Positions 20,983 through 30,172 of a stretch of DNA of 64,000 nucleotides are shown here, piece after piece (within the stretch, counting starts at the first letter, position 1; every line of letters begins with the position of its first letter). A program made the translations under genes and the position numbers. This stretch comes from Planctomycetota bacterium (GTDB lineage Bacteria > Planctomycetota > B15-G4 > SIAN01): positions 114,146-178,145 of the forward strand of contig JANNXA010000027.1 in assembly GCA_031409275.1 (NCBI GenBank), written 5' to 3'. Under the pieces are notes generated by a model. That model saw nothing but the letters and a program-made list of their open reading frames with translations, did not search any database and was not told where the DNA came from.

Positions 20983-21169
20983 ACGAGGCTCCTATCAAGC
21001 GGTCGAGCGGGTCGAGGTGCTACGGGCGCGTAACGGATGCGGTGTCGTGCCAGGCGGCGCGCCGGAGGCGATCGCTCGCCGCTCGAATCGTCGCAAACGC
21101 AACGCCGCATCGTTGCGGGCAGGGGGACGTGGACTCTAGCCTGCCACACCATCCGACGGGGAGAGATGG

Positions 21170-22279
21170 TTGGACGGTGCGGCGAAGGGCGACGCTTCGG
21201 CGGCGGCGGCGGGGGCGGCCCTGGTCGCGGCCGGTCCACGCCTCGACCTTGCGGCGGCACTGGTGCTCTGGCGAGCGGCGGCGAAGCAGGCGGAGATCAC
21301 CGCGATCGACCTGGCCGCCGTCTCGAGCTTCACGGGCGGCGGGGCCGCGACGTTGGTGGCACTGGCGCGCGACCGCGGCCTGCGTTTCCTGCACGCGCCC
21401 GCCGACCTCAAGCGCTACCTCGCCGAGCTGCCGATCGCCGACTTCCTCGCGGCCGACGCGCTCGCGGAGGAGGAGGTCGAGGAAGAGGAACTGCTCGAAA
21501 CCGCGGGTGGAGGGCTGCTCGAATTCGTCGCGGCGGCCCGTTGGTTCCTGGCGCTCGCGCTCGAGTTCTTCTACTGGGTCTTCGTGGCGCCATGGCGCGG
21601 AGTGCGGCTGCGACTTGGCAAGGCGGTGACGGAGCTGAACCGGATCGGCGTCGAGGCGATCCCGATCGTGGCGCTGATCGCGGCGCTCATGGGCGTGATC
21701 CTCGCACTGAACGCGGCCGGCCAGCTGCGCGCCTACGGGGCGGAGAAGTACACCGCGAACCTGGTCGGCATCGCGTTGACGCGCGAACTCGGCCCGGTCA
21801 TCACGGCGATCCTCGTCGCCGGTCGGTCGGGCTCGGCCATTGCGGCCGAGATCGCGACCATGCAGGTCAGCGAGGAGATCGATGCGCTGCGCGTGATGGG
21901 CATCAATCCGCGTGCGTTCCTCCTGGTACCGAAGCTCCTCGCCACGACGATCGCCCTGCCGGTGCTGGTCATCCTCGCCTCGCTGGTCGGCATCGCCGGC
22001 GGCTTCGTCATCGCCGTCTTCGGGCTCGGGTTGCCGTTTTCGGTCTATTGGGAGCAGTCGGTGGCCGCGCTGCACATGCGCGACCTGCTGCTCGGGATGC
22101 TGAAGGCGGTGGTCTTCGGCGCGCTGATCGGGCTCACGGGCTGCACGCTCGGGATGCGGGTCAAGGGTGGTGCGACGGGCGTCGGCCGCGTCACGACCAG
22201 CGCGGTGGTCGTCTCCTACGTCCTGGTGATCGTCGCCAACGCCTTCTTCACGCTGCTCTTCTTCCTGGCGGGCTGGTGA
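21170..22279 (+). CDS. mlaE: MlaE family ABC permease with N-terminal STAS-like region
   Basis: RELGPVITAILVAGRSGSAIAAEIATMQVSEEIDALRVMGINP...LLVPK and GGATGVGRVTTSAVV. Start approximate. Confidence 0.92.
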   Translation: MDGAAKGDASAAAAGAALVAAGPRLDLAAALVLWRAAAKQAEITAIDLAAVSSFTGGGAATLVALARDRGLRFLHAPADLKRYLAELPIADFLAADALAEEEVEEEELLETAGGGLLEFVAAARWFLALALEFFYWVFVAPWRGVRLRLGKAVTELNRIGVEAIPIVALIAALMGVILALNAAGQLRAYGAEKYTANLVGIALTRELGPVITAILVAGRSGSAIAAEIATMQVSEEIDALRVMGINPRAFLLVPKLLATTIALPVLVILASLVGIAGGFVIAVFGLGLPFSVYWEQSVAALHMRDLLLGMLKAVVFGALIGLTGCTLGMRVKGGATGVGRVTTSAVVVSYVLVIVANAFFTLLFFLAGW

Positions 22280-23070
22280 TGGACGACGCGACGATCATCA
22301 CCGCGCAGGCGCTCTCGTTCGGCTTCGGTGAGCGCACGCTCCTGCACGACATCACGTTCAACGTGCGACGTGGCGAGATCCTCACGATCATGGGGCCGAG
22401 CGGTTGCGGCAAGACGACGCTCCTGCGGCTGCTGGTGGGGCTGGAGAAGCCGCGCTCCGGCGAGCTGCACGTGTTGGGCGAGACGATCTCCTCGCTCGAC
22501 GAGGATCGCGCCGACCGCTTCCGGCGCCGCATCGGCATGTGCTTCCAGTTCGGCGCGCTGCTCAACTCGCTGACCATCGCGGACAACCTGGCGCTGCCGT
22601 TGCGCGAAGGACGCGGCGTGCCGGAACCGGTCGTCTCGATGATCGTGCGCTCGCGCCTCGCGCAGGTCGGGCTCCTTGGCAACGAGTCGAAGCTGCCGAG
22701 CGAACTTTCGGGTGGCATGAAGAAGCGTGCCGGTCTCGCGCGCGCTTTGATGCTCGATCCGGAACTGCTCTTCTTCGATGAGCCGACCTCAGGGCTCGAC
22801 CCGGTGACGGCGGCGAGTCTCGATCGGACCATCCTCGACGTGCGCCGGCGCACCGGCACGACCATGGTGGTGGTGACCCACGACCTGGCGTCGGCCTTCG
22901 CGATCTCCGATCGCCTCCTCGTGCTGCTCGACGGCACGCTGCGGGCGCAGGGGAGCGTGGCCGAGATCCGAGAGTGCCGCGATCCCGACGTCGCGGCGTT
23001 CGTCGGGCGGCAGGCGGCGGCGGTCACTACCGGCGGCGGCGATCCATTCGTCGCGCGCCACTTCGATTGA
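22279..23070 (+). CDS. mlaF: MlaF/Mkl family ABC ATP-binding protein
   Basis: GPSGCGKTT, FQFGALLNSL, PSELSGGMKKRAGLARAL and FDEPTSGLDPV. TGATG coupling to mlaE. Confidence 0.93.
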   Translation: MDDATIITAQALSFGFGERTLLHDITFNVRRGEILTIMGPSGCGKTTLLRLLVGLEKPRSGELHVLGETISSLDEDRADRFRRRIGMCFQFGALLNSLTIADNLALPLREGRGVPEPVVSMIVRSRLAQVGLLGNESKLPSELSGGMKKRAGLARALMLDPELLFFDEPTSGLDPVTAASLDRTILDVRRRTGTTMVVVTHDLASAFAISDRLLVLLDGTLRAQGSVAEIRECRDPDVAAFVGRQAAAVTTGGGDPFVARHFD

Positions 23071-23082
23071 TCGGGAGGCGCG

Positions 23083-24114
23083 ATGGCGAGCCGCAAAGAG
23101 AAGGTGAACGCTGGGTTGTTCGTGCTGATCGGCGTGCTGTTGCTGGCGGCGACGCTCGGGATCGTCGCGGGCCTGACGCTCGAGCGCGCGGGCGACTCCT
23201 ACCTGATCAAGATCCCGAAGTCGGTCGGCGCGCTGCGCGAGGGCTCGGCGGTGAAGTACCTCGGCGTGATGGTCGGGCGGGTGAAGGAGGTCGATTTCCC
23301 TTCGGATGACCTCGAGTCGGTGCGAGTCCTCGTCGAGATCACGCGTCCTTCGACGCCGATGCGCGAGAGCACCTTCGCGACGCTCTCCAGCAACTTCCTC
23401 ACCGGGGAGACGTCGATCGAGCTGCAGGGCGGCGCCAACGACGACAAGCGCCTGATGCCCGGCTCGATCCTGGCGTGGCGACCGACGACGTTGATGCGCC
23501 TCGAGGATTCGCTGCCGAGCGTGCTCGACGAGCTGAAGCGTGCGGTGGCCAACTTGAACGAGCTGCTCGGGCCGAAGAACCAGGAGCGCGTCGCGCAACT
23601 CGTCGACGACACGGGGGCGCTGGCCCGCGAGGCGCGCGCGTCGCTCGAACCGTTGGTGAACGAGGCGCACGCGATCCGCGTGGCGCTGGCTACTGCGAGC
23701 GAGCGGATCGCCGATTCGACGGCAGGGCTGCGCACCGAAGTGACGGCGAGCGTGCGCAGCGGCGTGGCCGACCTGAAGGATGCGGCGAAGTCGATCGACG
23801 CGGTGGCGAAGCGGCTCGAGGCGATCGTCGCGTCGCTCGGTCCGGCGGCGGAAGAGGTGCCGGAGACGATGACGGCGTTGCGCGAGACGTCGCAGCGGAT
23901 GGCGGCGCTGGTCGCGGCCGTCGATGGGTTGGTGGCGGACAATCGTGAGGGGACGCGCGCCGCCGTCACTGCAATCGCGCAAGCGGCCGCGGCGCTCGCG
24001 TCGTTGCTCGAGCAGCTCGACGAGAATCCCTCGGAGCTGATCTTCTCCGACCCGCCAGACGAACACGTGCGCGGCGCGGGCGGCGGCGGCAAGCCAGGGC
24101 AGGGAGCGAAGTGA
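23083..24114 (+). CDS. mlaD: MlaD/MCE family protein
   Basis: N-terminal TM, then SVGALREGSAVKYLGVMVGRV (MCE domain), a long helical C-terminus and ENPSELIFS. Confidence 0.9.
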   Translation: MASRKEKVNAGLFVLIGVLLLAATLGIVAGLTLERAGDSYLIKIPKSVGALREGSAVKYLGVMVGRVKEVDFPSDDLESVRVLVEITRPSTPMRESTFATLSSNFLTGETSIELQGGANDDKRLMPGSILAWRPTTLMRLEDSLPSVLDELKRAVANLNELLGPKNQERVAQLVDDTGALAREARASLEPLVNEAHAIRVALATASERIADSTAGLRTEVTASVRSGVADLKDAAKSIDAVAKRLEAIVASLGPAAEEVPETMTALRETSQRMAALVAAVDGLVADNREGTRAAVTAIAQAAAALASLLEQLDENPSELIFSDPPDEHVRGAGGGGKPGQGAK

Positions 24115-24746
24115 TGAAACGGATCGGTTCGTTCACGCGGGCACGGGCGCTGGCGCTGGTCGCGTGCCTGACGGGTTGCCGCAACTCCGCGCCGCCGGTC
24201 GAGGAGTTCATGCTCGCGCCGCTGCCGATGGCGTCGCCGCGGATGGCGCCCGCTTCCGCCGAGGCGTTGCGATTGCCGCTCTTGCGCGTGCGGCCGCTGG
24301 TGGCGCGCGGTTTCCTCGATCGGCGCGAACTGGCGTGGCGAGAAGGGGAGGTGCGCGCCGGTCCCTATCACTATCGACGCTGGAGCGAGCCCCCCGCGGA
24401 GGCGGTGACGCGGGCGCTGATCGACGCGCTGCGTGCACGCGGGTGCTTCGAACAGGTCGATGGCAGTGCGCTCGGTGGCGAGCCCTTTGTCCTCAGCGGT
24501 GAACTGATCGGATTGCACGAGTCGAGCGATGCCGACGGGAGCCATCCGCGCGGCGTCGCGGCGCTCGAGTTGCGTCTCGAAGGGACGACGAAGGACGGCG
24601 TGCGCCCGATCTTCACGGCGACGCGGCAGGTGGCCGCCGCGGACGGCTCGATGGAGGCGCTAGTCGTCGCGATCAGCGCCGCGCTCGCCGAGGTCTTGGC
24701 CGAACTCGTGCCTCAGATCGAGGCGGCCGTGCAGGCGCGCGCGTAG
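24111..24746 (+). CDS. PqiC / ABC-type transport auxiliary lipoprotein
   Basis: Lipobox LTGC and YHYRRWSEPPAEAV motif. Last gene of the Mla/MCE operon. Confidence 0.8.
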   Translation: MMKRIGSFTRARALALVACLTGCRNSAPPVEEFMLAPLPMASPRMAPASAEALRLPLLRVRPLVARGFLDRRELAWREGEVRAGPYHYRRWSEPPAEAVTRALIDALRARGCFEQVDGSALGGEPFVLSGELIGLHESSDADGSHPRGVAALELRLEGTTKDGVRPIFTATRQVAAADGSMEALVVAISAALAEVLAELVPQIEAAVQARA

Positions 24747-25546
24747 CCGCCCGGCACGCCACAGTCGAACAGTTCGCCGTCGCGCAGCACGACGCCGCCG
24801 AGTCGCCCTTCGGTCGCGAGCGCCATCAGGATCGGCGTGTCATCGAGCTCGCCGGCGGTCACGGTGGCGCGCAGCGCGGCGATGCGCGCGAACAGGTCGC
24901 TCGACCAGAGCACCAACGGGAAGCCCTTGAGGAAGGTCGGGCCGGCCGGCGGCGGCGCCGCGCCCTTCGCGAAGACGCGTTCGATGGAGATCGGGGCAGC
25001 GGGTCGGTCGCTGCGCGGAGCTCGCCACTCGATGAAGCCGGCGGCGCCGACGAGCCGCGGGTCGAACCGCGCGGTCGCATGCTCGACCAACGCCGCGAGC
25101 GTTCGCGTGGGCTCCGTCGCGTGGCCGGCGAGCAGCTGCTCCGTCGCGGATCGTCTGCCGAGCCAGAGGTTGTCAGGGAGCCAGCACAAGAGCGGCGCAT
25201 TCGCTGCGAACGGCTCGGCCAGCGCGAGCGCGTCGGCGAGGCCGCGTGGCTCCGGCTGGACGGCGTATTCGAGTCTGATGCCAGCGCAGCTCGAGCCGAG
25301 CGTCGCCGCGATCTCCGGCTTCCCGGGACTCACGATCAGCAGCGCCTCTTCGATTCCGCCGGCGGCGAGGTCGGCCAGCGCATGCGCGAGCAGCGATCGC
25401 CCGCCGACGGGCAGTAGCTCCTTCGGGCGGGCGCCAGCGATGGTCCGCATGCGAGTCCCGCGGCCTGCGGCGGGGATCACCGCCCGCCGGATCGGTACCG
25501 CCGAATCGCGGGAAGCTTCCTCCACGCCGTCCCTCCAAGAAGCCAC
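24713..25546 (-). CDS. Sugar-phosphate nucleotidyltransferase family
   Basis: AVIPAAGRGTRM...PKELLPVGGR, YAVQPEPRGLADAL and FDCG. Confidence 0.85.
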   Translation of the reverse strand: MASWRDGVEEASRDSAVPIRRAVIPAAGRGTRMRTIAGARPKELLPVGGRSLLAHALADLAAGGIEEALLIVSPGKPEIAATLGSSCAGIRLEYAVQPEPRGLADALALAEPFAANAPLLCWLPDNLWLGRRSATEQLLAGHATEPTRTLAALVEHATARFDPRLVGAAGFIEWRAPRSDRPAAPISIERVFAKGAAPPPAGPTFLKGFPLVLWSSDLFARIAALRATVTAGELDDTPILMALATEGRLGGVVLRDGELFDCGVPGGYARACTAASI

Positions 25547-25642
25547 GTTGCATCGCCGGGCTGTTCGCTGGCGTTGCCGCGCGTGCGTGATGCCGATACG
25601 ATCGGCGCGCTCAACTTCAAGCAGGATAAGGACTTTCGTTCG

Positions 25643-28600
25643 ATGGCCCAGCGCTTGAAACGGCCTTGGAACCTGCTGCTCGTCGCGGCGGTCGCCGGCG
25701 CCCTGATGCTTCCAGCCTGCTGGAACTCCGACGGGTTGGGCCCGCTCTTCGGCGCGCCCGATGGCGGCGGCGACGGCGGCTTCGACCCCGGCGTCGGCGG
25801 CGGGCTGCAGCTGCGCGATCTTTTCGTCAATGCGCGCCTGCTGCGCGACGCGCCGACGGTCGTGCGATCGGCGCCTGCCGACAAGGCGACCGGCGTTTCG
25901 CTGAAGACCGCCGTCGTCGTCGAGTTCTCGGAGAGCATGACCGAGAACACGGTTCGAACCGGCCTCAGCCTGTTCCAGTCGGGCTCATCGACGGCGACCG
26001 CGGTCACGACGACGCTGTTCCAGGGCGATTCGGTCGCCGTGATGGTGCCGCAAAGCGACCTCTTGCCGAATACCGACTACGAGATCGTGGTCGCCGGACC
26101 AGTGTCCGACCTCCAGGGTGACGCGATCGAACGCGGCGGCGGCGCCGCCGACTCCCGGTTCCGTTTCAAGACGATCCAGGCCAACGGCGACCCGGACTTC
26201 GAGGTGATCTACTCCTCGCCGCAGCCGCAGGCCGGCGAGGTGCCGCGCGGGTCCGAGGCTCTGCTCGTCTTCTCCGAACCGGTCAACGTCACGTCGACGG
26301 GCGGCGGGCTGAACGGCACCAACAACCTGATCACGCGTCGAGACGGCTCGACGCTCGTGCTCGGGATCGACTACACCCTCACCACGTTCCCGACCGCCAA
26401 TCCGCGCGGCGCTCTGGTGACCTACACCCAGCGAGCTCCGGCCGGGTCGGAGGTCGAGGTCATCGTCGACAAGGATGTGCAGAGCGCGGATGGCCAGGAG
26501 TCGCTGAAGGGCGGCGATGGCTTCAACCTGAAGTTCACGACGCAGGACACGGCGGTTCCGTCGATCGTGACGTTCCCGCAGTCGCCGATCGTCCCGGGCG
26601 CCGACGGAGCGATCAGCTCGGTCACGTTGAACAGCTTCGAGGCGCAGCTCGAGCTGACGGCCGACGGCCAGCTTCCCGACAAGGCGACGATCGTCTACTT
26701 CGACGCCGACGCCCAGAACGGGCTGCTTTTCTCGAAGTCGGCCTCGGCGCCGACCCTGTTCGTCAATGACCTGCAGCCGCAGGCCACGCCGGCGCTCCAG
26801 GACGGCGAAGTGATCGTCGGCGTCTACGTCGAACGCCGCGGTTTCCGGTCTGAAGTGACGGTCCTCTCGACGCTCGAGAAGGACACGGTCGGCCCGCGTC
26901 TCGTCGAAATGGGCGACCCGAACCTCAATCCGTCGACGTTGATCACGCAGGTCAACGATCCGGTGCTGCATGGCCGGATGACCGAAGCGTGCGCCGGATT
27001 CCAGGTCGACTTCGACGGCGCCGGCGCCCCCGACTTCAACTCCATCGAGTTCATCAGCGGGCAGTCGACGATCCGCCAGGACCTCTTCGTCAGCAGCGCC
27101 AGCGAGGACGCCGCGTTGCCCGCTCAGCTCGAGCCGAAAGTCGCGTTCAGCGTCATCACCTCGGACATCTTCGGGAACGCATCGATCAACGCCGACGTGG
27201 TCGCACACCAGACCGTCGGAATGGTCGGCGCGAGCCTCGCGTCGCCCGACACGGTGAACGCGTTGCACGTGGCCGCGTTCTCCGGCGACCTGTTCCAGCC
27301 GTTCACGCTGGGGGCGGTCCTGATCGACGCCTTTCCGCCGAGTGCGAGCGGTGCCGGCCAGATCGCGCGCGGCCTGTCGAGCGGCAACGGAGTGGCGCGC
27401 TTCAGCCAGGCGGAGATCGCGGCGATCCCGACCGCGCAGATCACGGTCACGATCCTCGCGAAGCGCAACAACGGCTCGACCAACGTGTTGTTCGGCCCGA
27501 TCACCTTCGGCGGCGTCGACAAGCCGACCAACGCCGCGCCGCGCGCCATCATCGCGTTGCTGACGCCTGAGCCCGTGATCAAGCTCACCAACGACGTGCA
27601 GTGCGACGTGCTCGGCGAGAGCCAGAACTCGCCGTTCGAGACCGGCAGCGCATTCGTCGACGACCTCGTTGCGTCGACGCTCGAGCAGGAGAAGCAGGTG
27701 TCGCTGATCGCGTCGCCGGGGTTGACCGACAACCTCTTCGACCTGCCGCTGCAGCGCCTGCACTGCTTCAGCGCTGTCGAGCGCGTCTCGGCCGGCAGCG
27801 CCAGCTTGTTCCGGTTCTCGAGTTCCGAGCCGTTCCTCGCCAGCGACGACAGCGGACAGGTCGGTTTCTCGAAGTCGCGCGCCGTCGATTACACCGGCCA
27901 GGCGACCACCTACTCCGACACGTCCCATCCGCAGCTCGTCCATCAATTGACGTTCGTCGATGCCGACGTCAGCACCGGCGGCAGCGTCGGCCTGCGGGGC
28001 ACCGAAGGCGCGTCCGACCAGCTGCGCGAGATGCGACTGCTCTGCCGCGTGCCGGGCTTCCTCAGCAACGTCTCGGTCGGCGCCACCAGCCAGTTCGTCA
28101 CGAGCGGCGGGCAGCGCACCGGGGCGGTCCTGCTGCCGTTGCCGTTCCTGAACAACGACTCGACGGGCACGACCGGCATCGCCGATTCGCCCCTCGAACT
28201 CCTGCTGCAGCCCGACCTGATCGATGACGCATCGAGCGTCGACCCGACTCGGCTGCGACGCAACCTGCGGCTCGAGCTGGTGATCGGCGAGAAGCAGAGC
28301 CTGCTCGGCAGCGGGGCGAGCACGCGCGAGCGCTTCCTGATCGATCCGGTTGCCGCGACCGCCGACAACGCCGCTCCGCAGGCGATCCCGGTGTTGACGC
28401 TCACCGACAACAACCACGCTCCTGAGCTGCAGTGGACCGAGACGACCTCCGGCGAGGGGATGCACTGCCTGTCGCTGATCAGCCTGTTGAACGTGCAGAC
28501 CTGGCGCGTCTACGTGCCGGCGGTCGCCGGAGCGACGGTGACGATGCGCATGCCGCAGTTGCCGCTCGTGCTTCCCGACAACGTCGGCACCACCGACTTC

Positions 28601-28783
28601 ACGCTGCCGTCGACGTTCCGCTGCTTCGTCGAGTCGTACGACTTCGATCCGAACGGAGCGTTCGCGCCCGGTTCGACCGAGCAGTACCACTTCGACGCGC
28701 AGCGCTGGTGGCAGAGCGACCTCGAGCGGGAGTTCCTGCGCGCGTCGCGCTCCGACCCGCAGCGAACGATCACGACGCAGTGA
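25643..28783 (+). CDS. Large lipoprotein with bacterial Ig-like (Big_5/SbsA-type) domains
   Basis: Lipobox LPAC and two Ig-like repeats (PTVVRSAPADKATGV...VVVEFSESM...LLPNTDYEIVV...DLQG; VIYSSP...LLVFSEPV). Beta-rich remainder. Confidence 0.75.
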   Translation: MAQRLKRPWNLLLVAAVAGALMLPACWNSDGLGPLFGAPDGGGDGGFDPGVGGGLQLRDLFVNARLLRDAPTVVRSAPADKATGVSLKTAVVVEFSESMTENTVRTGLSLFQSGSSTATAVTTTLFQGDSVAVMVPQSDLLPNTDYEIVVAGPVSDLQGDAIERGGGAADSRFRFKTIQANGDPDFEVIYSSPQPQAGEVPRGSEALLVFSEPVNVTSTGGGLNGTNNLITRRDGSTLVLGIDYTLTTFPTANPRGALVTYTQRAPAGSEVEVIVDKDVQSADGQESLKGGDGFNLKFTTQDTAVPSIVTFPQSPIVPGADGAISSVTLNSFEAQLELTADGQLPDKATIVYFDADAQNGLLFSKSASAPTLFVNDLQPQATPALQDGEVIVGVYVERRGFRSEVTVLSTLEKDTVGPRLVEMGDPNLNPSTLITQVNDPVLHGRMTEACAGFQVDFDGAGAPDFNSIEFISGQSTIRQDLFVSSASEDAALPAQLEPKVAFSVITSDIFGNASINADVVAHQTVGMVGASLASPDTVNALHVAAFSGDLFQPFTLGAVLIDAFPPSASGAGQIARGLSSGNGVARFSQAEIAAIPTAQITVTILAKRNNGSTNVLFGPITFGGVDKPTNAAPRAIIALLTPEPVIKLTNDVQCDVLGESQNSPFETGSAFVDDLVASTLEQEKQVSLIASPGLTDNLFDLPLQRLHCFSAVERVSAGSASLFRFSSSEPFLASDDSGQVGFSKSRAVDYTGQATTYSDTSHPQLVHQLTFVDADVSTGGSVGLRGTEGASDQLREMRLLCRVPGFLSNVSVGATSQFVTSGGQRTGAVLLPLPFLNNDSTGTTGIADSPLELLLQPDLIDDASSVDPTRLRRNLRLELVIGEKQSLLGSGASTRERFLIDPVAATADNAAPQAIPVLTLTDNNHAPELQWTETTSGEGMHCLSLISLLNVQTWRVYVPAVAGATVTMRMPQLPLVLPDNVGTTDFTLPSTFRCFVESYDFDPNGAFAPGSTEQYHFDAQRWWQSDLEREFLRASRSDPQRTITTQ

Positions 28784-29511
28784 GCGGCGCGCACGATCCG
28801 AAGCCCGCGGGGGCGTCGGCCCCGCGCGCCATCGCCCTCCTTTCGGGCGGGCTCGACTCGACCGTTGCGCTGGCGCTCGCGCAGGAGCGCGGACCGATCG
28901 CGCTGGCGCTGACCTTCGACTACGGGCAGCGCGCGGCCGCCCGCGAAGTCGAGCGATCGGCGCGCCTTGCCCGCTTCTTCGGGGTTCCCCATCAGGTCGT
29001 GCCGCTGCCTTTTTTCGCGGCGCTGCCAGGTGGCGGGGCGCTGCTCGATCGGGGCCAGGAGCTGCCGCGTCCGAACCTCGAGGCGCTCGATCGTGGCGGC
29101 GCGGCGGTCGTCGCGAGCGCCGCTTGCGTCTGGGTGCCGAATCGCAACGGGGTCTTCGTCGAGGTGGCGGCGGCCTTCGCGGAGGCGCTCGGCGCCGATC
29201 GCGTCGTGGTCGGGTTCAATCGCGAAGAGGCGGCGACCTTCCCCGACAACTCGCTCGACTACCTGCGCGCGCTCGACGGCGCGCTGGCGTACTCCACCCG
29301 CGGGCATGTGCGCGTCGAGGCGCCCACCGGAGCGCTCGACAAGGTGGCGATCGTGGCGGCCGCCGCCTCACGGCGCCTCCCGCTCGACCTGATGTGGCCC
29401 TGCTACGAGGGGGGGGCTGCCCCCTGCGCCACCTGCGAGTCCTGCCAGCGCTTCCTGCGGGCTTGCAGCCGCGCCGGGGTGGCGTCTCCCTTCGGGGCGA
29501 GCGCCAGTTGA
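28780..29511 (+). CDS. queC: 7-cyano-7-deazaguanine synthase
   Basis: LLSGGLDS, LTFDYGQR, WVPNRN, FPDNS and CY......C..CESC zinc motif. GTGA overlap with the upstream gene. Confidence 0.9.
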   Translation: MSGAHDPKPAGASAPRAIALLSGGLDSTVALALAQERGPIALALTFDYGQRAAAREVERSARLARFFGVPHQVVPLPFFAALPGGGALLDRGQELPRPNLEALDRGGAAVVASAACVWVPNRNGVFVEVAAAFAEALGADRVVVGFNREEAATFPDNSLDYLRALDGALAYSTRGHVRVEAPTGALDKVAIVAAAASRRLPLDLMWPCYEGGAAPCATCESCQRFLRACSRAGVASPFGASAS

Positions 29512-29556
29512 CCGAGCCTCCGCCGGTCGAGATCGGGCGTCGAGGGAACAGGAGGG

Positions 29557-29585
29557 TTTACTGGCCGCGCCAGCGCTGCTAGCTT
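29557..29585 (+). promoter_or_regulatory. Candidate sigma70 promoter of rpsO-pnp
   Basis: TTTACT (29557-29562), a 17-nt spacer ending in TGc, then TAGCTT (29580-29585): an extended -10 pattern. Confidence 0.5.
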
Positions 29586-29612
29586 CCCCGCCCTTCAGAA
29601 ATGAAAAGCACC

Positions 29613-29659
29613 GGGTCGTGGTGCGAGGCCGCCGAGGATACGGCGCGACGCAGCGACCC
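29613..29659 (+). promoter_or_regulatory. Candidate S15 autoregulatory leader structure
   Basis: Nested pairings GGGTCG/CGACCC, TGCG/CGCA and GCCG/CGGC lie in the 5' UTR of rpsO. Confidence 0.4.
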
Positions 29660-29700
29660 CCTCCGCAAGGTACGGGCGCACGCGCGCTCGGAAGACGTGA

Positions 29701-29973
29701 ATGAGCACTCCCGCTGAACTGAAGACGAAGCTGATCCAGGACTACCGCCAGTCGGAGGGCGACACCGGTTCGCCCGAGGTCCAGATCGCGCTGCTCAGTG
29801 ATCGAATCAAGGGCCTGACTGAGCACTTCAAGACCCACAAGAAGGACTACGCGTCCCGGCGCGGTCTCTTGATGATGGTCGGCCGTCGTAGCACGCTGCT
29901 CAAGTTCCTGAAGAACAAGAGCCGGCAGCGCTTCGAACAGGTGGTCAAGCGTCTCGGCCTGCGCGCGAGCTGA
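29701..29973 (+). CDS. rpsO: 30S ribosomal protein S15
   Basis: [41 protein letters not shown]. Confidence 0.98.
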   Translation: MSTPAELKTKLIQDYRQSEGDTGSPEVQIALLSDRIKGLTEHFKTHKKDYASRRGLLMMVGRRSTLLKFLKNKSRQRFEQVVKRLGLRAS

Positions 29974-30172
29974 AACGCGCGTGGAACACCGCGCCAGCCG
30001 CTGGTCGAGACTTCGATCTCGTCCAGCGCGGCGCGGCCGCGCTGTTTCGATGACTCGTCGCGTATCCGCTCTCTCCGTCTCCGCCCCGAGGGGAATCTCG
30101 GGCAGGCGCTGCCTCGTCGCAGCGCTCGCGTCGCATCTCTTGCGCTCGCAAACAGAAGGAATGCAGTAACCC

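Noticed and set aside
24713..24746. Convergent 3' overlaps (also 54063-54066 and 59254-59257)
   Set aside because: Short tail-to-tail overlaps are common in compact high-GC genomes.
28780..29511. queC as an anti-phage QueC-like gene (QatC/Cap9 type)
   Set aside because: It has canonical length and motifs, and no defence-system neighbours.
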